Source: Verrucomicrobiales bacterium (GTDB lineage Bacteria > Verrucomicrobiota > Verrucomicrobiia > Limisphaerales > CAIMTB01). From it: a stretch of DNA of 64,000 bases. How positions within the stretch are numbered: the first letter of the stretch is position 1; each line of letters starts with the position of its first letter. Below are positions 1 to 9,744 of this stretch, one piece after another. The stretch covers positions 12,093-76,092 of the forward strand of contig JAEUHG010000130.1 of assembly GCA_016795425.1 (NCBI GenBank). The letters run 5' to 3'. A model generated the notes under the pieces. It worked only from the letters and a program-made list of their open reading frames with translations, made no database searches and was not told the DNA's origin. The translations under genes were made by a program, and so were the position numbers.

Positions 1-2323
1 TGAAATTATAGAGGGCACCCAGGGAACGGGCGCCGTTAATGAGCAGGGCTTTGAGCAGGGCTGGCGTGGCGGGCCGGCTTTCTCGTTCAAAATACTCGGC
101 GAACAACGCGAGCAATCCTGTGACGGCCGGTGCCGCCATACTGGTGCCGGATTCGTACCGGTAATGGGGACCGACGCCATCGTTGAGAAGCTTCAGTTGG
201 TCGAAGTAGTTACCAAAATCGTTGGTCAGCGTGATGACCGTCTGAATGTCGTACGCCACCGTGGTGCCGGTCGTATTCCCAACCCCGAAGAACCAGTCGC
301 CTTCCTGCAGGGTATCGTCCGGAGGCACGCGAATCAGGTTGCCCGATCCGGTCTCGTCGCTGGTGCCCGGCAGCGAACCGTAGTTCAGGTAGAGCGGCAG
401 TGTCGGAAACGGGTCCGGCGACCGGAAGTTCGGATAGACGCGGATGCGGAATTCCGAAGCCTGGGCCGGTACGAAGAGAGAGTAGAAATTGACCCGGTTC
501 GACAGCACATACTGATCGACATAGCGGCTGACGCGGGCGGCAAAAAACGATCGCGGATCGAGCCAATCCTTGCTCCGCGTCGAGAGCGTGAATGCTCCCG
601 GGGCGACGACGTCCGGTTTGAACCGGCCGAAGGTACCTTCGATTCCGGGGTCCACGTTGCCCCGACTGGAAAATGAGGTGACCTGGTAATCGGAGTCGGT
701 TTCGGCGAGAAAAACCTGATTGGTCTGGAGGTCGCCGTTCTCATCCGGGAAATACACTTCGTTGGTGATATTTCGCGGCGACTCGATGGCCCCCACGGTG
801 ATGACGTTCTTGGCGGTGGCCGGCGAACGAATGGAACTGGGTTCCCCACCCTGCCCATTTTCCTCGCCGAATCCCTCATTGCCGGCGGCGAAGACGTAGA
901 GGATCGGCTGCGACCCGGGCATTTCGGGAAGTGCATCCCGCACCGCGGCATCGTAGCTGGCGGCTCCGGAGTCGTAATCCGTCGAGAACGTGTAGCCCCA
1001 ACTGTTGTTCGAAATCGGGAGATTGGTCCGACCAAGGGTCACGTAATAGTTGGTCGCCGCCATCTCCTGCAGGTAGGCGTCCGAAAGCAACGGCCCGGTG
1101 ATGAGGTCGATGGGAAGTGCGAACGCCGTGGCGGCCGGTGCCATGCCGCGAACGTCGAGGCCCGGGACGATCGATCCGGGTGCGTTCGAAATCGTGGATG
1201 ACATCTTGCCGTTGCCCAGAATGGTCCCGGCGACGTGCGTGCCATGGCCATCCAGATCGACCAGCGTTGATGCCACATCGCTGGTGATCCGGCCTTCGAG
1301 GTCGGGATGCGTCGGATCGACACCGGAATCGTTGATGTTGACGACCACGTTGGTGCCAGTGAGTCCCAGGTGATTGGTGAAGGTTCCGGGTGCGTTGGTG
1401 GGTCCCGAAACACCCAATCGAACCCGGGCCAGGTCGTTCAGCAATTGTCGCTTTCTGGCCACCTCGACGCCTTGGATCGCCGGTACACGGGCGATCGCCG
1501 CCAGCGAGACCGTCGAAGGTTCGACCACGACCGCGGGTCCGAAGGGTGTGCGGAACTCGCCGACGACCTCGACCCCCAAGGCACGCAAATCCGTCACCGC
1601 CTCATCACGCGTTCCTGGAAGCAAGGTCAGATTCAACCGAGCCTTTTCGTCTGCGGGTTGCCCGTCCACGGCCTTCGTCAGAAGGGCGGGTTCCAGTTTG
1701 TAATACGGCTCGTAGGGCAGCACCGCTCCCACCCCGACCATGGCGCGCAAAGAATCCGCTTGGGCAGAAGTCGCGCGAACGAGATACGCGTTATTGGGCA
1801 GATAGGAGACGTAAGTAGCGCCTGCGCCCTCGATGGCGGCACGAAATGCCGGGGTGATCGCACCTTCGGCTTGGACAACAAAAGCGCCAGGCTCCGGACC
1901 AGCCCGTAGCGCCTCGGGTATCGCCAGGGTCGTGCCGGCGGACGTGTCGATGACGGCATTGCGCAGAAGGAGCGCCTTGCCATCGCGAGCCAGTTCGTCG
2001 ATGGAACGATCGGTATTCCGCAGTCGGAGCTCGGCCTGCCGTGACTTGCTGGAAACCGGGGTGGCGGCGGCGACGGGAGTCATTCCCGCGGCGGCTTGTC
2101 GGACCGCCGCCGGAATCGCCGGAGCGTGGTCGGGCGCCATCGTCGAAACGGCGGCATTGGAAAACGAACGGGCGGAGGCGGTCGCCGGCAGGTCCCCGGT
2201 CGCGGCGGGCGCGTTGCGCCCGTTGCCCCTCGGCATCCGCTGCTCACCCAGTCGCCAGAAGACCGCGGCTCCCACCAGGGAGAGCACGCTGATCACCAGC
2301 CAGGTTCGGGGTTGCAGACGCAT
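1..2323 (-). CDS. Subtilisin-like serine protease (peptidase S8) with N-terminal signal anchor and propeptide-like region; 3' end runs off the window
   Basis: Absent from the supplied ORF track because this frame has no stop inside the window. Hand translation of the minus strand from ATG 2323-2321 gives MRLQPRTWLVISVLSLVGAAVFW.... It then gives the S8 catalytic-triad motifs VVNINDSGVD (Asp, ~nt 1330), DGHGTHVAG (His, ~nt 1240) and GTSMAAPAVTG (Ser, ~nt 140), all in one open frame down to nt 2. Confidence 0.85.
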   Translation of the reverse strand, partial: MRLQPRTWLVISVLSLVGAAVFWRLGEQRMPRGNGRNAPAATGDLPATASARSFSNAAVSTMAPDHAPAIPAAVRQAAAGMTPVAAATPVSSKSRQAELRLRNTDRSIDELARDGKALLLRNAVIDTSAGTTLAIPEALRAGPEPGAFVVQAEGAITPAFRAAIEGAGATYVSYLPNNAYLVRATSAQADSLRAMVGVGAVLPYEPYYKLEPALLTKAVDGQPADEKARLNLTLLPGTRDEAVTDLRALGVEVVGEFRTPFGPAVVVEPSTVSLAAIARVPAIQGVEVARKRQLLNDLARVRLGVSGPTNAPGTFTNHLGLTGTNVVVNINDSGVDPTHPDLEGRITSDVASTLVDLDGHGTHVAGTILGNGKMSSTISNAPGSIVPGLDVRGMAPAATAFALPIDLITGPLLSDAYLQEMAATNYYVTLGRTNLPISNNSWGYTFSTDYDSGAASYDAAVRDALPEMPGSQPILYVFAAGNEGFGEENGQGGEPSSIRSPATAKNVITVGAIESPRNITNEVYFPDENGDLQTNQVFLAETDSDYQVTSFSSRGNVDPGIEGTFGRFKPDVVAPGAFTLSTRSKDWLDPRSFFAARVSRYVDQYVLSNRVNFYSLFVPAQASEFRIRVYPNFRSPDPFPTLPLYLNYGSLPGTSDETGSGNLIRVPPDDTLQEGDWFFGVGNTTGTTVAYDIQTVITLTNDFGNYFDQLKLLNDGVGPHYRYESGTSMAAPAVTGLLALFAEYFERESRPATPALLKALLINGARSLGALYNF

Positions 2324-2529
2324 ATTAAATCAATGATTCGTTTCCACTGTGGCACACAGGTGTAGTCTTGGCCAACGGAGGTTCTTGAAAGACTCCCATC
2401 GAGACTGCGCAGCTCCGAAACGTCGACGGCGCGATACCGCAGTCGAAGACGCTCCGCGATGGCGATCGCACAGGACGGTGCGCCCGCTGGTTGTCCTGGA
2501 CCGCGCGAACCCCAGCCGTCCGCTGGAAA

Positions 2530-5500
2530 TTATTCGGTGGGCGGGACTTCATTGTAGGTCTCCTTCACGGGGCGCACGCTCAGGCGTTCCTGGCGGGTTT
2601 GCGGATCGATTTCGAGCGTGGCCTCCAAATGCATCAGCGTCTTGGTCACGAACTCACCGGTGATGATGTAGTTCGTGGGCATCTGGAAATACCGGTCGAA
2701 GTCGGTGATCACGGAGCCTGGGGCCGGTCGCAGAGACTGCCCAAAGGCATACACGGCAAACCGGGGCTCGTCGGCGCGGAGCAAGGACAACGTCATCTGC
2801 GGCACCCGCTCCACCACCGGGTCGATCGGCATATACTTTCCGGTGTTGGACTTGAGGAACGGCGACAACTCCGACAGCTGCGGCGTGCTCAACACCTCGC
2901 CCAGGTAACTGAAGCGACGACCGGACCGCAGCTGACGGGCAAGATTGATGCCATCGACGATCGTCTGTACTTCGAGACTGCTCGGCTGCACGACGAATGC
3001 TCCAAAATTGGTCGACACCGAGTTGGTGAACACTGGAACTCCCGCCAACACGGCGGACCACGCGGCCAGACCCGATTGATTGACGGACAACTGACCGCGC
3101 GCCGCGTTCTCGTTCACCGCGGTGGTGAACAGATCTAGAATGCGCCAGTCGTTGGTGGGTTGCGTACCCAGCGGAATGAAGTTGTTGGGCCAGCGCCAAA
3201 TCGGATGCCCGGACCAGTTCTGCCACTTGTTCGGCGTCACCGCCGCCGACTTCAGATAGACGGTTTGCCATGGGGTCCCACGATGGACTCGACCCAGCCA
3301 GCCGATCGCCGGGAAGGAATTCGTGGGGAAATCCCAGTCGTCGGAACGGGTGATTTGCGGATCTTTGACGGCGAACTCAAAATCGCCGGGATCATCGACG
3401 GATTTACTGGAGACGTTAGGATCCTCCCGCCACGGGCGGTAGCGTTTGTTCACCTGCCCCAAGCCTCCCTGCTCATCCGGAATCGCAGCAAACGGGCTCA
3501 TCGGCTGGAACACATTGGTTCGCATGGGATCCTCGAGATCCCAGAACAGGTCGTTCACCAGCGGATCGTTCACCTGCCACGATTTTTCCTGCACGATCTT
3601 CCGTCCGGGCGAGAACGGAGCCTGCATATACAATTTGCCCGAGGTATCGGCGCTGCCGCTCAGCCCGACGAACTGCCGGAAATCAGCAATGGCCTTCAGT
3701 TTGTCGCTACCCTGAACGGGTTCCGCCGAAGCGCTGTTCCAGTCGGACACATTGATGGCGCCCAACGACGCCTGGATCTGCTCGGAAATGCCCTGAGGAA
3801 CCCCGCGAACGCGATTGGTAATCCAGAACGACCCAGCGACGGATGATTGATTGGCATTGTCCAGATTGCCAAAGAGCTCCTGGGTGACATCCATGTGGGT
3901 GACCAGATTGTCGAGGCTCACGTAGTCGACGATGCGGCCGCCGGCGACCCCCTGATCGATAAGCACGGCGCGCAGGCGATTGGTGACGTTGAGGCGCCAG
4001 GTCGGAACCGGGAATCCGATGCCCGATTCGAAGAGATTGATTGGCAGATTGGAGAGATCGTTGGTGCGCAACGGGAAGATTTGGCCGGTGACGGCGCGAT
4101 AACCGGACATCGGCAGGAAAATGATATTGGTCTGGATCGGAAGGATGAACTGTTCGCCGAGCCAGGTGTTGGCCGGGAAGGTGTTGGTGTAGCCCAGGCG
4201 GTTGGTCATGGCCCAGACGACACGGGTGGCATTCGACAGCACGATCTCGTTGTCGACCATCACTCGAAGTTCAATGGGGCGCGGATACGGGGTGCGGTAG
4301 CTGTTCCAGAACTCGATGCCCAGCGCGTTGCTGATGCCCAGGGTGTAGAGCTGATTGGTGAAGGACGGTCTCAGTTCGTTCTTGTTCCGCTTGGTCAGGG
4401 CGAGTTTGCGACCCGCCACCGCCACGGTGCGCATGCGGAACTCATTGAAATTCGGATAACCCTTCTTGGCGCCGATCACCAAGGGGATGCCGTAAATGCC
4501 TTCATACTGGCGCACGTTCGGCCGGTCCTCGCTCTCATCGACGTCGTACTGGGCCGGATTCCAGAAATTCGCCGCCCAATCGGCGCCCAATTCCTCGTAG
4601 CGCAGGATACGCAAGCCCCCGTTGACCGACGGGTCAGGACCGTAGACCGGCCGGAACACACTCGGATACGCCGGACCGATCGGCGACAGGTTGCGGTTGG
4701 TGGTGGCGTCGAAGATGTTCGCCGCCAACTGCAGCGCATGATGGACCGCCGGTGAATAGAAGTTCGTGGGCCAGACGGCGATGTTGGTGACGGACACCAA
4801 AGGAACGCGAGGACCGGCGGGAGGATGGGTCGCCTTCAGAATGCGGTCCGCCGTATTGGTGAAGAAGGCGAGGGGCGTCCAGCGAACGAAATTCGTGGCA
4901 TGATAGCCGACGCCCGGACCGACGCTACGGCCTGCCAGATTTGGATCGAAATCGAGACGATTGTCGTAAGTCAGATGAATGCGTGACTGATTGTTCGGCG
5001 TGGAGTCGGTGCCCAACTGACCGAGCAGGCGGTAAAAAGTGTGGCGATCGTAGGTGGTCTGGCCGAGCGACGCCTGTACCAACCGGTTGGTGAAGGTGTC
5101 GAGCGGACTCACCAAGGCCCGCACATCGTCGATGGAGAAGATCTCCTGCAGATCGAACATCTGGCGCGGGCTGTCGGAACCGGGCCACGGGCGTGTCGCC
5201 ACGTCGTCTTCGAGAATGGTGAACGGCGCGTTCGTGCCCGTGTAGGGCCGGTTGATGTCGAACTGGAGCGGGCCGTCGGTGTAGCCGTCAATGCCGTCGG
5301 TTTCAAACGCACCCGAACCCGCTGCGCCATACGAAAAGGTGATGGAACGTAGGTCATTGACGCTGTTGGTAAACCGGTTGTTGAGCAGGAAGAAGGCGTC
5401 TTCGAAGGCCACACCGCGACTCGAGGAAAACAGGTTGTTGTAGACGTAGTCGTAGGTGTTCCACTGGTTGGTGTTGAGATCATGCAGGAACGCCGCGAGG

Positions 5501-6255
5501 TTGATTTCCCAGGATCCCACCCCTTGATTGCGCAGAAAGCCTTCCTGAGCCGCGCCGTTGCGCTTGGCGTGGTTATGGATGTAGTTCAGGTCGAGAGTCT
5601 TTCCAACCGGCAGAATCAGATAGGCGAACCGTCCAACGAACAGGTTGGAACCTGAGTGTGGCTGGTCGGGACGTCGCAGGACGCCGATCCACTCCGGGTC
5701 GCCGACATTAAAGTTGGTCGCGCCGGTCTTGAGCCCGGTGCCGTCATTCACGAGTTCCGCGAAATACCCGTTGGTGTCAAAACGGCCGTTCCGGTTGTAG
5801 TCAATGAAGTAACGAAAATCATTCTCCCCGGTGTTGCGGTTCGTCTCGATGAACACCGGCACCCGCGGGTCGACCATCAGGTTCCGGTACATCTCGGGCA
5901 ATTCGGCAGCGGTCAGGGCATTCCCGTTTCGGTCGAGGTACGAGACGTTGGAGTAATTGGTGTTGTCGCGATTCTTCTCGAAACCTTGGGGATGGATGAA
6001 GTTGGTGGAAACCAGCAGGTCGTAACTGAGGACGTTGCTGGCGGCGAGCACGCGCGAAATGATTTCGGCCTCGGCCCGTTGGAGGGCGGCCTCGGCCATG
6101 GCTTTGGCATCCTGGCGGTCGGTGCTGGTGGTCACCGAGGCACGCTCGCGTCGACTGACGGCCAGGAAGGCGACGGCCATCAACGTCACCACCGACAGCA
6201 TGATCAGCGTGGTGATGAGGGCGATGCCCTGTTGGTGCTGGCGACGGTTCATCAC
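2530..6255 (-). CDS. Giant (1241 aa) GspK/PilX-like minor pseudopilin, possible tip/adhesin subunit
   Basis: Long ORF that is the last gene of the pseudopilin row, starting 8 nt after the preceding stop. The N-terminus MMNRRQHQQGIALITTLIMLSVVTLMAVAFLAVSRRE is a short polar leader plus a hydrophobic helix without Glu5, as in GspK/PilX-type minor pilins. I recognise no motif in the remaining ~1200 aa. Confidence 0.6.
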   Translation of the reverse strand: MMNRRQHQQGIALITTLIMLSVVTLMAVAFLAVSRRERASVTTSTDRQDAKAMAEAALQRAEAEIISRVLAASNVLSYDLLVSTNFIHPQGFEKNRDNTNYSNVSYLDRNGNALTAAELPEMYRNLMVDPRVPVFIETNRNTGENDFRYFIDYNRNGRFDTNGYFAELVNDGTGLKTGATNFNVGDPEWIGVLRRPDQPHSGSNLFVGRFAYLILPVGKTLDLNYIHNHAKRNGAAQEGFLRNQGVGSWEINLAAFLHDLNTNQWNTYDYVYNNLFSSSRGVAFEDAFFLLNNRFTNSVNDLRSITFSYGAAGSGAFETDGIDGYTDGPLQFDINRPYTGTNAPFTILEDDVATRPWPGSDSPRQMFDLQEIFSIDDVRALVSPLDTFTNRLVQASLGQTTYDRHTFYRLLGQLGTDSTPNNQSRIHLTYDNRLDFDPNLAGRSVGPGVGYHATNFVRWTPLAFFTNTADRILKATHPPAGPRVPLVSVTNIAVWPTNFYSPAVHHALQLAANIFDATTNRNLSPIGPAYPSVFRPVYGPDPSVNGGLRILRYEELGADWAANFWNPAQYDVDESEDRPNVRQYEGIYGIPLVIGAKKGYPNFNEFRMRTVAVAGRKLALTKRNKNELRPSFTNQLYTLGISNALGIEFWNSYRTPYPRPIELRVMVDNEIVLSNATRVVWAMTNRLGYTNTFPANTWLGEQFILPIQTNIIFLPMSGYRAVTGQIFPLRTNDLSNLPINLFESGIGFPVPTWRLNVTNRLRAVLIDQGVAGGRIVDYVSLDNLVTHMDVTQELFGNLDNANQSSVAGSFWITNRVRGVPQGISEQIQASLGAINVSDWNSASAEPVQGSDKLKAIADFRQFVGLSGSADTSGKLYMQAPFSPGRKIVQEKSWQVNDPLVNDLFWDLEDPMRTNVFQPMSPFAAIPDEQGGLGQVNKRYRPWREDPNVSSKSVDDPGDFEFAVKDPQITRSDDWDFPTNSFPAIGWLGRVHRGTPWQTVYLKSAAVTPNKWQNWSGHPIWRWPNNFIPLGTQPTNDWRILDLFTTAVNENAARGQLSVNQSGLAAWSAVLAGVPVFTNSVSTNFGAFVVQPSSLEVQTIVDGINLARQLRSGRRFSYLGEVLSTPQLSELSPFLKSNTGKYMPIDPVVERVPQMTLSLLRADEPRFAVYAFGQSLRPAPGSVITDFDRYFQMPTNYIITGEFVTKTLMHLEATLEIDPQTRQERLSVRPVKETYNEVPPTE

Positions 6256-6263
6256 TGCGGTGC

Positions 6264-7277
6264 TCAGAAAGGTGACGCGTTCCGCAGCGTGATGCGCTGT
6301 CGGAACATATGGATCTTGGCTGCGTTGCGCGCGAGAAAAGCGGCAGCGGCGTCGGGTTGTCCCTCGGCAATGGAGGCGTATTGGACCAGTACGGGCGGCT
6401 CCAGTACGCCAAGTTCCAATTCCAAGGCGGCGGGGGCGGTCGGATAGGAAAGATCCGAAAACCGGGAATAGACCGACTCACCCGGAATGGCCTCGAACCG
6501 CGAGGAAAGATAGGCGTCGGGCGAAATCAGTCCTTTGGACCGGTCGTTGTTGTAATCATCCAGCAGGGCCTGCATGTACGGCACGCCCCGCTCATTGCGG
6601 CCGTAGTAAATCGGCGTCCCTGCCTGCGTGAAGGCGATCACCCGGAAATGGACGACGCCATCCAAGACCGGAGCCGATCGTTGGAGTCGAAACGGCAGAG
6701 AGAGGTTCTCGAACTCTCCCAGAAGCCGGTTGCGTTCATTGAGATTCAAATCCGCGGGCTTCGTGCCGAGGTCGCGCACCTGGGCGCGTGTCAGACTCGC
6801 CTCGTAACGGTAGAGGCGTCCCACCGTCAGGGTAGGCGTCCGGCTCATGTCGAACAGATCCACCCCGTTGGTGACCCGAGGTCCAACCCAGTAACCGAGG
6901 GCACTCCAATTCTCGCCGAATCGTTTATGGAAGAAGACATCCTGCAGAACCGTGTTCATCAGGATGCCGCCGGTCAGGTTGGAAAGAGTCACGCTCGCGG
7001 AAAGCGGACTGCGGGCGACGGAGAAATTTGTATAGCGCGCCAGGGGCACGAACGCGGCCCCTTCCAATTCGCGGGTCACGATGTCCGATGCCGAACGCAC
7101 ACCTTCCAGCACATCCACCTGCGCAATAGTTCCGCGCAGGGCGCGCTGGGTCTGATCGAAGACGCTATACAGGCTGATGATGATCACCGTCATGATCGAG
7201 ACTGCCAGCAGCAGTTCGATGATGGTGAACCCGCGGCTCGACCGGACTGGAAATTCGGCGCAACGCATGGCTCGCAT
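6264..7277 (-). CDS. Prepilin-type minor pseudopilin (GspJ position), 337 aa
   Basis: Track ORF 6264-7445 trimmed to ATG 7277: MRAMRCAEFPVRSSRG|FTIIELLLAVSIMTVII. This is a prepilin cleavage/methylation motif with Glu5. The start overlaps the upstream stop (TGATG). Confidence 0.75.
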   Translation of the reverse strand: MRAMRCAEFPVRSSRGFTIIELLLAVSIMTVIIISLYSVFDQTQRALRGTIAQVDVLEGVRSASDIVTRELEGAAFVPLARYTNFSVARSPLSASVTLSNLTGGILMNTVLQDVFFHKRFGENWSALGYWVGPRVTNGVDLFDMSRTPTLTVGRLYRYEASLTRAQVRDLGTKPADLNLNERNRLLGEFENLSLPFRLQRSAPVLDGVVHFRVIAFTQAGTPIYYGRNERGVPYMQALLDDYNNDRSKGLISPDAYLSSRFEAIPGESVYSRFSDLSYPTAPAALELELGVLEPPVLVQYASIAEGQPDAAAAFLARNAAKIHMFRQRITLRNASPF

Positions 7278-8029
7278 CAATATCCGTAGGTCGAGGGCCG
7301 GAAGTAGTAAACCAGCCGTTCCTCGGAGGCCACGTTGGTGGGGTAGTAGATTTGGGACCCGGCGATCAAGGATCGGAAGGTCCGCCGGTGCGTCCCCACC
7401 CGGGCATTCTGAGGGGTGGCGACATTGTCGCGGAACAGCGGCCACCGGAGGGTGAGGCGAAGCTCATACAGACTGCGCTGCAGCCGCGTGATCCGGGCGA
7501 GTTCATTGGTGTCGAGACGATTGGTGACATCCATCGGATACCCAATGAAGGGACGGATTTCGCTGACAATCTGGTAGCGGAAGGCCAGGTCCCTGGCGTC
7601 GGGATCCTGATCGATGGCAGTACCGTTCAAGGCCCGCACCCAGGCCACCACGTTGGAGACGCCACGCCGGCTGGTATTCACCGGCGTTGAGAGCAGCCCG
7701 ACGAGGCGCTGTCCATCCAGTCGGTTGGGCCCCTCGTTGGCGATATACTCGCGGTCGCCGTTGTGGAAGTTGATCTGGACGAGGTAGACCGCGTTGCTGA
7801 GGAGGCCCAGGCGATCGTTGCCTGAACGGATGGCATCCAGGATGTATTCGCCGTCGTTATTGGCGATGGTTTCGTCGCGATTATCGCGCTGCACTTGGAG
7901 GCCTGTGGGAAGGACTCCCAGGATGGCGACCATGGCAAAGGCCACGACGGCGATGCTGAGCGCGATCTCCACCATGGTGAAGGCGCGCTGGCCGCGTTGC
8001 GACCTTTGGGTTGTAGATGGGCACCTCAT
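7277..8029 (-). CDS. Prepilin-type minor pseudopilin (GspI position), 250 aa
   Basis: Trimmed to ATG 8029, which makes an ATGA overlap with the upstream stop. N-terminus MRCPSTTQRSQRGQRA|FTMVEIALSIAVVAFAMVAILGVLP has Glu5 but Ala instead of Gly at -1. Confidence 0.7.
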   Translation of the reverse strand: MRCPSTTQRSQRGQRAFTMVEIALSIAVVAFAMVAILGVLPTGLQVQRDNRDETIANNDGEYILDAIRSGNDRLGLLSNAVYLVQINFHNGDREYIANEGPNRLDGQRLVGLLSTPVNTSRRGVSNVVAWVRALNGTAIDQDPDARDLAFRYQIVSEIRPFIGYPMDVTNRLDTNELARITRLQRSLYELRLTLRWPLFRDNVATPQNARVGTHRRTFRSLIAGSQIYYPTNVASEERLVYYFRPSTYGY

Positions 8030-8859
8030 CGCGGTTGTCCTTCGATGCGCCACTCGGAGCCGGAAGCAATCAGATCACCGAGCACCTCCGCCCGACCGGT
8101 GAGCCAATTCACTTTGATAAAGCGGCGGTTGCCGGGAGGAATCTCCACCAGGTCGGCGTCTTCATTGAGGTAAGTGCCGTTGGCATCCTGGGGATGCACC
8201 ACGCTACCCTTCGAAAGGGCGACGTATTCGTCGTTACCGATGAGCTGGTTCCCGCGATTGTCGATCCGCACCAACTGCCCTTCCGCATTGAACGCGATAT
8301 AGCGCATGAACAAGTTGGTGTAGACGCGGTTGGTTACGGTCAGGGTAAAGTTGTTCGTGAAGGCGAACGGCTGCTCGTAAAGGTTGGTGGTCGGCACCGG
8401 GGCATTGAGCAGCTTGGTCACCGGGAAGAAGGTCTTGTCGGGCAGATTGCGCCACGGGATGAGCTGCCGCGGAGTCTGCCGTCCGGGTTGATCCCCGATG
8501 GAACGGCGGGAGAACAGTGTATAGCCCGTGTAGCGATACGGAGCGAGATGGGCCACCATGCTTTCAATACCCGGCGGCACGAAGACCATGTAGACGGTCG
8601 TCCGGTCGTTGATCGCCTTGAGCCGCGCAAAGGCGAGGTCGTCGAGCATCTGCCGGGTGGCGGCATCGATGGCATTGGATTCCCCGAGACCGCGCAAGGC
8701 CGGCAAACCAATGGCGGCCAGCACGCCAATGATCACGATCACCACCAGCAACTCAGCCAGGGTGAAGGCGCGGGATCCGGCGGCGACCGGCGCGTCGGAC
8801 CCGGGTCCGACGCGTCGCGGACCCATGCTGCGGTCTGAAGCTGTGGGGATTCGCCACAT
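8026..8859 (-). CDS. Prepilin-type pseudopilin, GspH/FimT-like
   Basis: N-terminus ...AAGSRA|FTLAELLVVIVIIGVLAAIGLPALRG is followed by AIDAATRQMLDDLAFARLKAI, a GspH/FimT-like arrangement. An alternative start lies at ATG 8826. The -1 residue is Ala. Confidence 0.7.
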   Translation of the reverse strand: MWRIPTASDRSMGPRRVGPGSDAPVAAGSRAFTLAELLVVIVIIGVLAAIGLPALRGLGESNAIDAATRQMLDDLAFARLKAINDRTTVYMVFVPPGIESMVAHLAPYRYTGYTLFSRRSIGDQPGRQTPRQLIPWRNLPDKTFFPVTKLLNAPVPTTNLYEQPFAFTNNFTLTVTNRVYTNLFMRYIAFNAEGQLVRIDNRGNQLIGNDEYVALSKGSVVHPQDANGTYLNEDADLVEIPPGNRRFIKVNWLTGRAEVLGDLIASGSEWRIEGQPR

Positions 8860-8871
8860 GGCACCAATTGC

Positions 8872-9684
8872 TTACTGCTTCCAACTGAGGACGTTATCCT
8901 TGTTGGCACCGACGGTGGCCTTGGCGTTGGCGTCGATCAAACGATCGGGACCGAAGGACCACGCAATAACCGGGGCCCGGATCTCCCAAAGATTCTGGTC
9001 CGCCACTTGGACCAGCCCGTTGAAGCCTCGTGTTCCATTTTCCTGCGAGACGCTGGACTGCTTGTAGAAGGCGTCACGGCACATGTTGTCGTAGTTCAGG
9101 TCGATGGTGACGATGTAGGGCATGCCCCAGGGATCACGGTACAAGAGATCGGTTCCCAGACCTGGACCGGGCACCGCCGAATTGTACTTCGCACTCAGGA
9201 ACGCGTTCTTCTGCGGATTCTGGGTATGATTCTGGTTCACCGTCGGATCCCCGGTGTCGGGGCGTTTTTCAGCGTCGGTTAGAATGGCCATCAATTCGGC
9301 GTTGGACGCCTGATAACTCGCACCCGGATTGCTGATATCGGGCCAGCCGGTGACGCCCTTCGGGGGATCCAGCACGGGCCTCTGATTGACGGGTGGACCT
9401 TGATGGCGGGTTCCAAAGGTGAAGTCAGGGGAGTTATTGTTAACTCCATTCTCGCGCAGAGCCTTGGTGGCCGGCAGGCGGCCATAGGTCGCCTGGTATT
9501 GCTGCACCGCCGCCACAATGGTGCTCAATTCGGTCTTGGCCTTGGCGATCTGCGCCTTCTGCTTGGCCTTGGCAATGGCCGGCAAGAGCATGCTGGCCAG
9601 GATGCCGATGATCGCGATGACCACCAGCAGTTCGATGAGGGTGAAACCGCCGCGGCGGGGCGGACAGGCAACGTTCGCTTTCAT
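8872..9684 (-). CDS. gspG: GspG-like major pseudopilin, 270 aa
   Basis: Track ORF trimmed to ATG 9684: MKANVACPPRRGG|FTLIELLVVIAIIGILASMLLPAIAKAKQKAQ. It has an internal DPWGMPY motif typical of GspG. It is longer than classical ~145-aa GspG. Confidence 0.8.
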   Translation of the reverse strand: MKANVACPPRRGGFTLIELLVVIAIIGILASMLLPAIAKAKQKAQIAKAKTELSTIVAAVQQYQATYGRLPATKALRENGVNNNSPDFTFGTRHQGPPVNQRPVLDPPKGVTGWPDISNPGASYQASNAELMAILTDAEKRPDTGDPTVNQNHTQNPQKNAFLSAKYNSAVPGPGLGTDLLYRDPWGMPYIVTIDLNYDNMCRDAFYKQSSVSQENGTRGFNGLVQVADQNLWEIRAPVIAWSFGPDRLIDANAKATVGANKDNVLSWKQ

Positions 9685-9727
9685 GGATTTACCGTCGGTG
9701 GCGTAGAGCGCGCGAAGGTTGCGAGAA

Positions 9728-9744
9728 CCGCCCGCGAATTGCCA
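9728..9744 (-). promoter_or_regulatory. Weak candidate sigma54 -24/-12 element upstream of the GspG-like gene
   Basis: The minus strand reads TGGCAATTCGCGGGCGG (GG-N10-GC spacing), about 40 nt upstream of ATG 9684. The -12 half (GGGCG) is poor compared with the flagellar sites in this window. Confidence 0.2.

Noticed and set aside
164-2336. Cluster of short track ORFs (164-676+, 385-1035-, 1039-1413-, 1307-1909+, 1833-2336+ and others)
   Set aside because: All are shadows of the S8 protease frame, which I read by hand. That frame carries the complete catalytic triad and stays open across the whole region.
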